60,000 nt of DNA from Mobula hypostoma (taxonomy: Eukaryota). The stretch lies in NCBI RefSeq assembly GCF_963921235.1, contig NC_086107.1, forward strand, positions 94,924,001-94,984,000, written 5' to 3'. Under the pieces are notes generated by a model that saw only the letters and a program-made list of their open reading frames with translations, was not told the origin of the DNA and ran no database searches. Position 1 is the first letter of the stretch. Each line of letters opens with the position of its first letter. Of the stretch, positions 1 to 12,550 are shown in pieces. The position numbers were made by a program, and so were the translations under genes.

Positions 1-764
1 CAATTGGGGAAGCAGAGGTCCAGGATCCAGCGCAAACATGGGTCCAGTCCCCTATTGCCCACACCATGGAACGAAGGAAATGCCCACAGATTTCACATCA
101 TGATACCCGTACAGAACTACCAAACAATGCCACTGCTGCCTCTGTTGACTGCCAGCTAAGTTTTGGCATTATGATTTAAGTTGGAAACACAAGAGAGGGC
201 AGATGCTGGATTCTGGGGTAACAGACCGTCTGCTGGAGGAGCTCTGCGGGTCGAGCAGCATCCGCAGAGAAGGAATTGTTAACATTTCAGGTCCATGCCG
301 TCTTGGTATAGGGTTTCCCATTGATGCTGCCTGAATACTGAGCTCTTCTAACAGATTGCTTCTTGTGGAGGCACTGATTCAGACCCACACAGCACAGAGA
401 CAGGCCCTTTGTCCCACATGGTTCACACCAACCATTGAAACACACATGTGCTCCATATGCCATAGAGCCATGTAATGCTACAGCATGCCTACAGGTCCTT
501 TGGCTCACTGACACCATACCACCCACAATGTCCACCCTGCCAGTCAGAAACTCAAGCATTGGGTCCATATCACTCTTAAGACCTGCCCCTCCATGTACCT
601 GGCCAAGTGTTTCTTAAATGATACCATTGTACCTGTCACAACCACTTCCTCTGCAGCTCGTTCCACATACTCACCGCATTCTGCAAGGAAGAAGTTGCCC
701 CTCAGACTCCTTAAATCTTTACCCTCTCATCCTAATCCTATGCCACCCCCCCGCCCCCAAAACC

Positions 765-1702
765 GAGTTGCTCTTTCCATCATGCTTCACAGTTGGGATG
801 AGATTCTGCTGTCGGTATGCAGTGCCCTTTTCCTCCCAAACATAAGCAGTGTGTTTTTCTGCCAAAACTTTCAACTTTTCTTTCATTTATCCACAGAACA
901 CTGTCCCAGAAGTGTTGTGGAACATCCAGGTGGTCTTTTGCAAACTTGAGATGTGCAGCAATGTTTTTGTTGAAAAGCAGTGGTTTCCTCCATGGTGTCC
1001 TTCCATGAACACCATTCTTGTTCATGTTTTTCTTATAGTGGACACAGGAACAGAGATTTTAGCAAGTTCTAGGGATTTCTGCAGGTCTTTTGCTGTTACC
1101 CTTGGGTACCTTTTTACCTCCTTCAGCATTGTACGTTGTGCTTTTGGTGTGATCTTTGCAGGATGCCCGCTCCTAGGGAGAGAGCAACAGAACTGAATTT
1201 CCTCCATTTGTAGACAATTTCTCTTACTGTGGACTGATGATCACTCAAGCCTTTAGAAATGCTTTTGTAGCCTTTTCCAGCTTCATGCATCTCTACAATT
1301 CTTCTAAAGTCCTCTGAAAGTGGTTTTGATCGAGGCACAGTGCACATAAGCAAATCTTTCTTCAGAAGAGCAGACTCTGTCAATAACCTGACTTTGGGTA
1401 TTTTATTTAATAGGGCAGGGCTGCTCTACAACCCACATCTCCAATCTCATCTCATCGATTGGAACATCTGACTCCAAATAGTTTTCGTAGAAGGCATTAA
1501 CCCAGAGGTTCATAAACTTTTTTTGAACCTGGACTGTGATTGTTTAAATGGTGTACTTAGCATTGATTAAAAGTACAATTGTTCGTGTGTTATAGTTTAG
1601 GCAGATTGTACATGTCTACTATTGTGACTTAGATGAAAATCAGTCCACATTTTATGAGTAATTAATACAGAAAGCCAGGTCATTCCAAAAGGTTCACAAC
1701 TT
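765..1702 (-). mobile_element. Tc1/mariner transposon relic (N-terminal half of transposase, frameshifted)
   Basis: Three overlapping ORFs join into PRSKPLSED..HEAGKGYKSISK..LPRSGHPAKITPK..PRVTAKDL..GRTPWRKPLL..HLKFAK..FWDSVLW.NE.K, typical Tc1 HTH and start of the DDE domain. Confidence 0.92.
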
Positions 1703-2489
1703 ATTTAACATCACAAGCAAAAAAAAAGTAGAGGTAGTTTTCATGGGTTCAATGTTCATTCAGAAATCAGATGGCAGAGGGCAAGCAGCTATTCCTGAAT
1801 TGTTGAATATGTTCCCTTCGGCTCCTATACCTCCTCCCCGATTGTAGCAACGAGAGGAGGGCATGTCCTGGGCGAACGGGGGTGCTTAATAATGTATGGC
1901 ACCTTTTTGAAGCATTGCTCCTTGAAGATGTCCTGCATGCTGGTGAGGCTAATTCCCATGATGAAGCGGACTGAGTTTACAACTTTCTGCAGGTTAATTT
2001 GATCCTGTTCAGTGCCCCTCCCCACCCCATTCCAGACAGTGATGCAGCCAGTTAGAATGCTCCTCACTACATCTATAGCAATTTGCAAGTGCCTTTGGCG
2101 ACATACTAAATCTCCTCAAGCTCCCAATGAACTATAGCCTCTGTTGCACCTTTTCTGTGACTGCATCGGCATGTTGGGTTCAGGCTAGATCCTCAGAGAT
2201 GTTGAAACCCAGGAACTGCTCACTCTTTCCACTTCTGATCCCTCGACGAGGACTGGTGGTGTGTGCCCTCGTCTTATCCTTCCTGATCCCCCTCCTCTAT
2301 GTTCCAAAGAGTAAAGGCCTAACCTGGCCAGCTTCTCCCTCTGACCCAGATTCAGCAGTCCTTACAAGGTTGTTGCAAATCCTGTCTGCACTCTTTCTAG
2401 TTTAACCCCACCTTCCTACAACAGGATGACCAAAAGTGCACACTTCTACCCACATACCTGACCAAGCATTATTTAAAATTGGTAATGTA

Positions 2490-3020
2490 CAGGGTGTCTA
2501 GGGAGGGGTAGCACCTCTGGCGGGGGGGGCCTGCCGTGCCCTTTTTTAGGACAATTCATCCACCTTTGGTCCCCACCTGGCGCTCAGCTCTCACCTGTGG
2601 CTCCAAGTAGCTGTAACACACGCAGCGGCCACACCCCGGTAAACCATCTCGGCAGGCGGGCCAAACCAGGTGAGGGTGGCTGACTGGTCTTCGACCCTCG
2701 GTGAGGTAGGGGATCTGCCTGTCCCAGTGTGTTTAGTCCGGCCATGGCGGATTGAGCAGAAGAGACCAATTAATAGTCCAACGGTCATGAAGGCAGGCCC
2801 AGCAGGCATGGTGGAGTGCCAGCAGCACGACAAGGCACTAAGATGTCCTGGTCATCCACTGTAAGAGGTGGTGATCTCTTTAAACTTACCTGGCAGAAGG
2901 CAAAGGCAAACCACTGCTGTAACCTGCCACAAACATGATTTCCCAATATGTCAGAGCGGTGTGGAGGGGAATTGTCCGCCAACTGGAAATTCCAGATGCA
3001 ATCTAACAATGACGATGAAC
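2490..3020 (+). mobile_element. Probable RTE-related non-autonomous element (similar candidates ~5560-5705 and 19150-19570)
   Basis: GC-rich head, RTE-like motif gaaggcaaaggcaaaccact, short (GAT/GAC) tail; interrupts a CR1 fragment. Family assignment is tentative. Confidence 0.45.
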
Positions 3021-3624
3021 GTACCTAGCTCAACCACTTCCTCTGGCACCTTCTTTGTGGGAAAAGTTGCCACTCAAATTCCTATTAAATCTCCCTCCCT
3101 CTCACCTTAAAACCTATGCCCTCCATTTCTTGATTCCCCAACTCTGATGGGGAGGGGTGGAGTGTGTGCATTCACCCCCTCCACACACCTCATGATTTTA
3201 TACAACTCTGTAAGGTCTTCCCTCATTCTCCAAACTCCAAGGAGTCCCAGCTTGCTCAACTTCTTCCAATAACTCAAGTCCCTCGAGTCTTGGCAACATT
3301 CTCGTTAATCTGTTCTACACGCTTTCCAGATTAATTAATTAGCGACAGCGCGGAGTAGTCCCTCCTGGCCCTTCAAGCCACACCGCCCTAGCAACCACCA
3401 AACAACCCGATTAACCCTAACCTAACCAACAGGACAGTTTACAATTATTAACAGCATCTTTCCTTACACAGGGTGAATCTAACCGAACACAATTTGTTGT
3501 TACATTTAAGTTACAGAATCAGAAAAGAATGCTGGTCCACTTTTCCAAAGAAGCAAATTCAAATCCCACCACAGCAACAATGAAACAGTTTTCAGTAATT
3601 TTTAAAAATTCAATTAAAAAAAAC

Positions 3625-3630
3625 TTTATT
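3625..3630 (-). terminator. Candidate distal polyadenylation signal (AATAAA) for PRRG2
   Basis: Minus strand ...ggtgactgtAATAAAgttttttttaattg... at the end of an AT-rich unique block (3.5-4.4 kb). Other AATAAA occur near 8955 and 4185. Confidence 0.35.
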
Positions 3631-4423
3631 ACAGTCACCAAGAAACTGCAGGATTTTTGTACAATGAAATGTGATGCCAGGGAGGAAATCTGCTGTCCTT
3701 ACGTGATCTAGGTACCTATGTGACTTCCGTCCTAATGTCCTTCAATTGCCCCTCAGTTCTGGGGCCACTAGGCAGTCAGCGCCAGCATTGTTGCCAATGT
3801 CCCAGAAACAAAATCCAAATTCACACCAATTTCTGCTTACATCAACAGTATGAACTATCAAGAGGGGTAAACCCACTCCATTTTGTTGCTTTAGAGGAGC
3901 CTTCATACCAGTAGAGGAAATTAGGAGATCTCATTGAGAAATCTGCTCAAAAGTCATATGTGGGGGTTGGGGGCGGGGGGTCATTGCTTAACTATCATTC
4001 ATTCTTTGGGGCACTCCTCTGTTTTCGTGGATGTTTGCGAAGAAAAAGAATTTCAGGATGTATATTGTATACATTTCTCTGATATTATATGTACCTATTG
4101 AAGTCATTCATGTTAACCCAAAGCCCGTAATAGGAATAATTATTAAAGAGTCTATGGAACAAAGAACTCTATTGTAAGCCAGTTTATTACAATGGAGTTA
4201 TTATATAATTATGTTAATCTATGTAAAATATTAACATCCAATACAAGGCACAGTGACTCAGTATTTCCCTGTCTGAGAGAAGGATTAACACAGGGGTTTT
4301 TGTTTACACAACACCAATCACTCACCCCCCACCCACCATTCCCTCCTCCCCACCCCAATCCCTTTCCTCTTCTCCAAGGAGAAGTGTCAACTTTGAAGGC
4401 ACAAAAAAAAACTCATAAACATA

Positions 4424-4995
4424 AGAGATGCTGGAAATCCAGAGGAACACACACAAAATGCTGGAGGAACTCAGCAGGTCAAGCAGCATTTATGGAGGGG
4501 AATAAACAGTCGACATTTCGGGCCAAGACCCTTCATCAGGACTGGACAGGAAGGGGGAAGACGCCAGAATTAAAAGGTGGGGGAAGGGGAGAAATACAAG
4601 CTGGCAGATGGTAGGCGAGACCAGGTGAGGGGGAAGGTGGGTGGGAGAGTGGGGATGAAGAAGCTGGGAGGTGATAGGTGGAAGAGTTAAAGGGCTGAAG
4701 AAGGAATCTGATAGGAGAGGAGAGTGGACCATGGGAGAAATGGAACGAGGAGGGGACTCAGAGGGAAACGATGAGTAGGTGAGAAGAGAAAGGGTGAAGG
4801 GAGGACCAGAAAAGACAAGAGAGGCTGGAGAAATGACTGGAAGTTCAATAAATCAGTGTTCATGCCATCAGGTTGGAGGCTACCCAGACAGAATATGAAG
4901 TGCTGCTCCAACCGAAGCGTGGCTTCATCGTGGCAATAGAGGAAATCATGGACTGACATGTCGGAATGGGAATAGGAAGTGGAATTAAAATGGGG
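4424..4995 (-). mobile_element. Penelope-like 3' fragment (relatives at ~16073-16350, 18375-18662, 22544-22990, 35627-36215, 41460-41950, 42601-43180, 52878-52990)
   Basis: MSVH..LYCHDEATLRLEQHFIFCLGSLQPDGMN (GIY-YIG C-terminus) followed by the shared tail gatgctgcctgacctgctgagttcctccagcattttgtgtg. Confidence 0.85.
4507..4544 (-). ncRNA. Minimal type-I hammerhead ribozyme motif (Penelope-associated)
   Basis: cagtc CTGATGA a gggtcttggccc GAAA tgtc gactg: stem I cagtc/gactg, conserved core, stem II hairpin, GUC cleavage triplet. Confidence 0.72.
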
Positions 4996-6736
4996 AGGTG
5001 GGGGGGGTCACTGGGAAAGTTCATCTTTTGTGGGGGATACAGCAAAGCTGTTCCGTCTTCCACAAGAAACCCATCTGTGGAGTTTACTGATCAGACTGGC
5101 CCACACAATCCCCAGCTGGAAGGTCAGCTAACACTGCTCTCACATTGGTTTTGTGTCCTTAGCTCTTGGTATGTCAACGAGGAGACCCCCACCCGCCCGA
5201 CCAATAGTTATGGGTGGAGACGTCACGCACTTCCTTATCCATCTCTCAGAAGCCTGATGTATATTATCAGAAAGATTTTAAAGATAAAGATTTATTTGTC
5301 ACATACACATCGAAACACAAGACTGAGGGGCATTGCTTGTGTCAAAAAAAATTGCACTGGGGCAGCCCAAAAGTGTCACCAACATGTCGTGTTATAGCGC
5401 ACTAAACCGAACTCACGTGACTTTGGAACGTGGGAGGAAACCGGAGCACCCGGAGGAAGACTTTGCGGTCGGGGGAGAACGCACAAACTCCTTCCGGATG
5501 ACTGGTGGGAGTCAACCGCGACTGGCGGTCGCTGGCGTTGTAATCTCTGAAGTGTATTGATAATGGATGGGGTCACCAGTCTTGTAAAGTCATTGTGCAG
5601 AAGGAGGCAATGGAAAACCAGTTCTGTAGAAAATAATTTGCCAAGAACAATCATGTTAAGACCATGATCGCCCATGTCACAGGACACAGCATAGTGATGA
5701 TGATAAATTTATTATAACCCGGATTTCCCTGAAGTCAGTCAAGGCCTCACTGCCAAATACTGGATTGATAAGGTGTTTAGAGGGAGTGTGTGGGTGGGGG
5801 TAGCTATTAGAGGAGGCTTGAGGTGGGGAGGACCCCAGTTCACTTTGCTTCTGTTCTCCTACATCACGAGCCCAAATGCTTCAGTGGCTGCCCCTGGTTT
5901 AATCATGTCCTCAGCAACAATGGCAGTGAGGGTCAGAGAACAGGGAAACAGGCCCTTCGGCCATCAAATCCATGCATGCTGATTACCAACCTCCCATTGA
6001 TCATGTGGATAGCCAGAGGTTTGACCCAGGGCTGAAGTGGCTAACGTGAGGAAGCAAAGCTTGGAAGCAGGTACAAGGGGGACGTCACAGTTAAGTTTTT
6101 CCACACAGAGAGTGGTGGGTGCCTGGAATGTACTGCCAGCAAAGGTGGTAGAGGTGGATACGATAGGGTCTTTTAAGAGACTCTTAGATAGGTATATGGA
6201 GCTTAGAAAAATAGAGGGTTATGCGGTATTGCAAGTCTAGGCAGTTTCTAGAGTTGTTTACATGGCACAACATCGTGGGCTGAAGGGCCTGTAATGTGCT
6301 GTAGATTTCTATGTTCCATGATTTACACTTATCTCATTTTATTCTCTCCACTTTCTCCTCAACTCCTAACTCCACAGATTTTACCCTCCCCCCTGCCCGA
6401 GATGCACTTTACTGTGCTCAATGAATTGGCCAATTAACCAGAGCAACTGAGAAAACCCCATGTACGTCCACACAGAACAAGCAATCTCCACATACACGGG
6501 AGGTCAAGATCCAACCCAGGTCTCTGGAGCAGGGGCAGCAGCTCTACTCACTGTGTCACTGTTCCTCCCTAATGGAAACTATTTCAGAAATGCCTGATCT
6601 CATTCCCTTCAAACAATGGGCTACCCAACACTCCAATCGGCAATGCAACTCAAGGGGCAGCTGTCCAGCAGAACAGGTTGTGAAGCATCCTTTGTTTTAG
6701 GGACTCGACATCAACCCAGGAACAACAGTACGCATG

Positions 6737-6772
6737 GTGTGTGTGTGTGTGTGTGTGGGGGGGGGGGGGGGT
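6737..6772. repeat. (GT)n followed by a poly-G run
   Basis: Direct reading. Confidence 0.95.
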
Positions 6773-7756
6773 GGTCACAATTACCCATGCCAGGCAGGGA
6801 TCCCAGTCTAAAGCACGTTCTGATGAAACATAAAACACACGAAATTCTGCAGATGCTGGAAATCCAGAGCAGCACACTCAAAATGGTGGAGGAACTCAGC
6901 AGGTCAGGCAGCATCTATGGAATCCTGAGGATGGGTCTCGGCTCGAAACGTCGACTGTTTATTCATTTCCATAGATGCCGAGTCCTGTTAAAATATCTGG
7001 GAATGGCTCAGAATGGGCTAATCCTGCTTGAATAATCTATCTGGGATGGATGACAGTCACACAGCATGTACCGGCCCACTAAGTACGCGCCAACCATCAA
7101 GAATGCGTCTACACTGATCTCCCCACATTCCCTTGATCTGCCCTCCCCACCCATCCACAAATACTGGGGGCAAACTACAGAAACCAATTAACCCACCGAA
7201 GACCCTCAGGTCTTAGGAATGTAGCAGGAAACTGGAGCTCCCCGGGGAAACACACACACTCACAGGGAGAACGTCGGACTCCACATAGACAGCACTCAAG
7301 GTCGGGACTGTACTGGATCACAGGATTGGCGAGGAAGGGGTACCACTGTGTCCTGGTCTTGATCAGTAGCAGCATAGGTGAGGCAAGGCTATTCTGATGC
7401 TTATCCACAAGTCGTTATTATTGTAAGGATTTATTAACTATGCTGACAAAAAAAAGGAATCTCAGGATTGTGTATGGTGACATGTATGTAGTTTGATAAT
7501 AACTTTACTTTTGAACTTTGAAGTGCTTCAGGGTTGAATTAGCCATGAAGAAAAATTTAAGTCCTCACCCGGGTCAGGTCCTGGCTGGTTGCAGTTGGGT
7601 CAGGTTTTAAGTGTCGGCAAATAAGACTAGCATAGGTGCACATCGTGGTCAGAGTCTGCAAAGCTCTGCAAGTCCACTAGTGAGGTGGAAGCCCAACTGG
7701 AAGTCTGAGAGTCCAAGTCCACCAGAGGATGGAGGCCCAAGATGACGATCTGGCTT

Positions 7757-7930
7757 GGGGTTAGAGGGGTTAGAGGGGTGAGAGAGGGGTGGGAGAGGGG
7801 GAGAGGGGGAGAGGGGGAGAGGGGAGAGGGGGAGAGGGGGAGAGGGGGAGAGGGGGAGAGGGGGAGAGGGGGAGAGGGGGAGAGGGGGAGAGGGGGAGAG
7901 GGGGAGAGGGGGAGAGGGGGAGAGAGAGAG
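7757..7930 (+). repeat. Polypurine (GGGGAGA)n microsatellite
   Basis: Direct reading of the sequence. Confidence 0.97.
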
Positions 7931-10296
7931 AACGAGAACGCAGCGGGGATTGTTTTGTCATTGTTGTTTTGTTGCTTGCTGTGTTCTGTTTTGTTTTGCC
8001 GAGCATGGTGGGCATGTTACGTTGGTACCTGAACGTGTGGCGACACTCGCGGGCTGCCCACAGCACACCCTCAGGTGTGTTGGTTGTTAATGCAAACACC
8101 ACACTTCACAGTCTGTTTCGATGTACATGTAATAAACAAATTTGTATTAGACTGGACAAGTTGGGCCAAAATGTCTGCTTCCTATCGGTATTTGACTAAG
8201 TGACGTCTACCAGAGTACGATTGTATCCTATGAGGAAGTAATCCTCTTCCAGAGTAACAGGAGTCCACACTCCCAAGACACTCTGTCCAGTTAAATCAGA
8301 CCATACCCAATGCTCCCTTTACTCAATGCTCACAGAGATTACTAACCCACAATGTTCCCTCTTCCCACTCACAATTCATCCTCATCTTCAACACCAAATC
8401 TCAGTGTATTTTTCCCTCCTATTTGAATGATTATCCAATTATCCATACGACTCTTCTCCCCCTCCCGCATCCAACTACAGCCTATTTTTAGAAAAAAAAG
8501 GCACCCAGCGCCCGCCTCATTTCACGTGAGCACCCAGGATCAGCCGGAGTAGATTGGGAAGGGATGAGTGCAGTCACAGGCCAAGGCCCGGATACCATAG
8601 AAATCCTGGAGGTCTCATGCTGCTGTGGTTTCTGGTACAATCTGTATAGGAGGTTCCTCCTTCCATTGGCTGATAGACTGGGTGGTCACAGGATATGCAG
8701 GGAAATCCTGTCTGAATCACAGGCTCTTGGCTGAGAATTAAAATCCAGCATCAAAGAAGTTCTGGCAATTTGAATTCTATCTGCAGGGAATTATTCCATT
8801 AAAGCGTGGATTTAGCTGAAGCCCTCTGGTAGACACGAGGTTTGGGTTGCACTTACACCCCATTCAACTCTTTCTCAAACAGGTATTGACATAGAAATAA
8901 ATCTACGAGAAAACTCCAGCCCCTAATTCACACCTCACCCAGGATCTTTTGATTTTATTTTCCTATACTATTAAGTCATTTAGCAGGAATCAGAAATGTA
9001 ACCTTCAAACACACTAAGAATATTCACAAAGGAAAGATAGGTGTGGTACCAGGCTTAATCTTGGTTTACTCCAGATGTAGCCAATGAAGGACATTGTGAA
9101 CCGCAGTCACACCGTACAGAGTGTGGTAGCAAGTTCCCCATCCACTAGCTCTCTGGTTGGGTTAAACATTGGTTATGGACCCAAACCCTCCCCCCCCACC
9201 CTCCCCCAACCCATTTCAAGGGTGTGGTGTACATCTTCCGGCCCAGGGAGGAGATTGTGAGCAGAAGAGGCAGAGGAAAGAAGATCAGCTCCCCAGAAAT
9301 TCGTACACATTAGATAGGTGTTAAGAACAAATAAGGTTACAGGCCGTCCCAGGGTTACAATTGACTGATGTGGGACACGGGCCCGAACCGGGAGCACCGA
9401 GAGGACCTCCCTCACTCCGACCCAGCACCCCTTCTTTGTCACCCATCACAACCGTCTCTGGCACCCTCTCCTGTCTGCCCGATTGCGACGCCTGACGTGG
9501 GAACGGTTTCTGAGGTACGCACGGTTCTCAGGGACTGGGCCCAGCCGTAACCCGGGGGATTGCCTGTGTTGGCGAGGTGGACTGTTGGGTCCATCCGGTG
9601 AGGTTTGGAGAATCAGTAGTGAAACGCACCCAGCCTCTCCCATCAGTGGCATGCCCCCACCTGCACAACCCCCCACCTCAATATCTGCTCAACGGGAGCT
9701 CTGTAAAAAGGACATCACCATCGACCTATTTATCTACCTCACCTGCTGGAGTGGTGCTGTCATTACAACAGTTTCACAGGTCTCCCTCTCCACCTCCACC
9801 CCTCTCCAAAGTTTCTTGATGGAACGAGAGTCTATTAACTTGCCTCTTGCCACGCTGGAGGACATCAGAAGACCCAATTCAGGCAGAGTGCTCTCAAACG
9901 TGACCCGAATGTTCCTTAACAGGTGCTTCCCCCGACGACATGGAGAATGGGGAAAATTGTTCAATCGGCGATTGAATCAGTGGAAAGTAACGTTCAGCTT
10001 TGGATGATAATCACCCACAGAGCCCAAAGGATGGAAGTGCTCGCACTGGGGAAAATCCGAGGGTTTGCTGGTTCCTGATGATTCTCCGAGAGAAATACTT
10101 AGAAGGACACACCCCAGAAATCCCAAAGACTTTTTCAGGAACTCCCACCCCTTCCCTCACCCTCCCCCCACCCCCCAAATCTTGTCTCGTGATTCTTCAA
10201 ATACTCTCTGGTACCTTTTCTTCTCCACGTTACAGGACTTTTCCAGTGGATGTAAAAAAAAAACATTCAGGAAAAGTTCCAGTGGAATTCCAAGTT

Positions 10297-10327
10297 TCAG
10301 CTGGGTTGTTGTTCCCGCATGGACCCC
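10297..10327 (-). CDS. PRRG2: PRRG2-like terminal coding exon (G)GSMREQQPS*
   Basis: Branch-point-like ctctaac and pyrimidine tract ctgtcttctcacctctacag|; phase 2 compatible; TGA at 10297-10299; a short last exon after PPPPY is as in mammalian PRRG2. Confidence 0.75.
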
Positions 10328-10479
10328 CTGTAGAGGTGAGAAGACAGGTTAGAGCACGAGAAAACGGGAAAAGAACTCTCGAGCCTCCCTCACCATTCAG
10401 TTTGCCAGTGGCTGATCTAGCCCAACCCTCAACCTTTCTCACGCATATACAAAGACTAAAAGACTAGTAAGTTGAACCA

Positions 10480-11220
10480 CAGCTAATATGAAACTGTGCC
10501 TCAGCCACGCTTGGAGTACTGCATGGAGTTCTGGTCTTCCATTACAAGAACGATGTGAAGGCACTGGACAGGGTTCGCCATGATCCTGCCCGGATTAGAG
10601 AGCACGAGCTACACGGAGAGACTGGACAAATCTGGGTTGTTTTCTCTGGAGTGTTGGAGGCTGAGGAGAGACCTGATAGAGGCTTATAAAATTATGAGAG
10701 GCAGCGAGAGGGTGGGCAGATCCTTCTTCTCAGGGTGGAAATGTCTAGTTCGAGCGGGCATGCATTTACGTTGAGAGGGGAAAGTTCAAAGGAGCTGTGT
10801 GGGACAAGGTTTTATTTTTTTTAAAACACACTGAAAGTGGTAGGTGCCTGGAATGAGCTAATGGGAGGCGTAGTGGAAGCCGATACAATACAGTCATCAA
10901 GGTTGTCAGTCAGAATCATTCTGCCAGGGTAGAGATGTCCAACACCAGAGGACGTGCAATTCAGAGTGAGAGGAGAAAAATGTACAGGGGGTATGTGGGG
11001 CCCAACACACGGAGTGGTGGGGGCCTGGAACAGACTGTCAGGGGTAGTGGAGGGAGCAGACATGACAGCATATTTAGATTTTTAAAACAGGCACGTCAAT
11101 GTGCAGGGAATGAAGGGATATGCATCATCTTCAGGCAGAAGAGATTTAGTTTCATTCAGTATTGTGTCCAGCACAGATATTGTGGGCTGAAGGGCCTCGT
11201 TCTCTACTGTTCTATGTTCC
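10480..11220 (+). mobile_element. CR1 3' fragments (two partly duplicated ends)
   Basis: LPGLE..Y.ERLDK.GLFSLE..RLR.DLIE.YKIMRG; tail ctactgttctatgttc. Confidence 0.8.
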
Positions 11221-11608
11221 AAGCTCCCTTCAGTCTTGTGAGCTTTGAAGGATTTATCCATTCATTTCCTCGTGACGTGGCCTTCACTCCCCTCCAGGGT
11301 AGGCAGGGACAAGGCCACCTTAACTTCCACCTCAGGATAAAACGCAGGAGCTCTCTCAATGACCAACCTGCAAATATTAGTATGCTACGGGAGCCATGGT
11401 AACATAGCTATTAGCCCCACGCCATTGTGGCACAGGGCAATGGGAGTTCGATTCCGACATCATCTGTAAGGAGTCTGTACATGGGTTTCCTCCGGGTGCC
11501 CCGCTTTCCTCCCACAGTGCCAGTTAGTCGGTTAATTGGTCATTGTAAATTGTCCTGTGATTAGGCTGGGTTGAAACCGAGGGATTGCTGGGCAGCATGA
11601 CCGGAAGA

Positions 11609-12106
11609 TAGGGTTGCCAACTGTCCCGTATTAGCCGGGACATCCCATATATTGGGCTAAATTGGTTTGTCCCATACGGGACCGCCCTTGTCCCGATCTC
11701 CCCCACTAAGGTACAGCGTTCCTATGAAACCGCTCATAAGCCGAAATGGCATAAAGCAAAGAAGCAATTACTATTAATTTATATGGGAAAAATTTTTGAG
11801 CATTCCCAGACCCAAAAAATAACCTACCAAATCATACCAATAACACATAAAACCTAACACTAACATATAGTAAAAGCAGGAATGATGTGATAAATACACA
11901 GCCTATATAAAGTAGAAATAATGTTATGTACAGTGTAGTCAGGAAGATTAAGCCAAAACCGATTTGTTGAAAAAAATTGGCACGTACACGCATGCACACA
12001 CAGGTGCCCGCGCAAGGCTTCATGGTCATGGTAGTCTTTCTCGGGGTAAACACAAGTGTCCCGTATTTGACTGCTACTTTTGGGAGTGAGAAAGTTGGCA
12101 ACTCTA
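11609..12106. mobile_element. hAT-type non-autonomous element (MITE) inserted in a SINE
   Basis: TIRs tagggttgccaac / gttggcaactcta; degenerate 8-bp TSD ccggaaga / ccggaggg; host SINE resumes after 12107. Confidence 0.8.
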
Positions 12107-12399
12107 CCGGAGGGGCCTATTCCGTACTGTATCTCTAAATAAAATAATATAAAAACAAACAGTTTGGTGGGTAGAAAATGGGAGCTAGGTTAATGTACAG
12201 TTACTTAGCCTCCTCATTAATCAATGTGAAGATTTCTCAACCTTACCATCTAAAGGAAAAAGATGAAAGATTATTAGCTTTATTTGTCACATGTACATCA
12301 AAACATATAGTGAAACGTGCCGTTTGCATCAACAACCAACACACTCCGAGGATGTGCTGGGGGCAGCCGGCAAGTGTCACCACACTTCCACTGCCCACA

Positions 12400-12550
12400 A
12401 CTTACTAACCCTAACTGTACGACTTTGGAATGCGGGAAGAAAGCAGAGCACCCAGAGGAAACCCACGTGGTCACAGGGAGAACGCACAAATTCCTTACAG
12501 ACAGTGGCAGGAATTGTACCCTGATCACTGATGCTGTAAAGCATTACACC
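12400..12550 (-). mobile_element. V-SINE/HE1-like SINE (other copies ~5400-5540, 7170-7350, 11390-11600, 15130-15290, 23260-23370, 26740-27280, 28640-28790, 30210-30425)
   Basis: Shared core gtgggtttcctc(c/t)gggtgctc(c/t)g(g/c)tttcctcccacattccaaa characteristic of V-SINEs. Confidence 0.75.

Noticed and set aside
7757..7780. Interstitial telomeric repeat
   Set aside because: Units are TTAGAGGGG, only two copies, not TTAGGG.
7742..8199. Gly/Glu/Arg-rich ORFs resembling RPGR ORF15
   Set aside because: Translation of the (GGGGAGA)n microsatellite running into a repeat tail.
9734..9854. Alternative last coding exon (cctccag|C GTG GCA...)
   Set aside because: Phase-compatible, but the 10327 acceptor is proximal, has a better branch point and pyrimidine tract, and gives the short tail expected; this site is probably 3'UTR.
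9483..10467. Plus-strand ORFs of 174 and 155 aa
   Set aside because: No recognisable motifs, non-ATG starts, antisense to the PRRG2 last exon and UTR.
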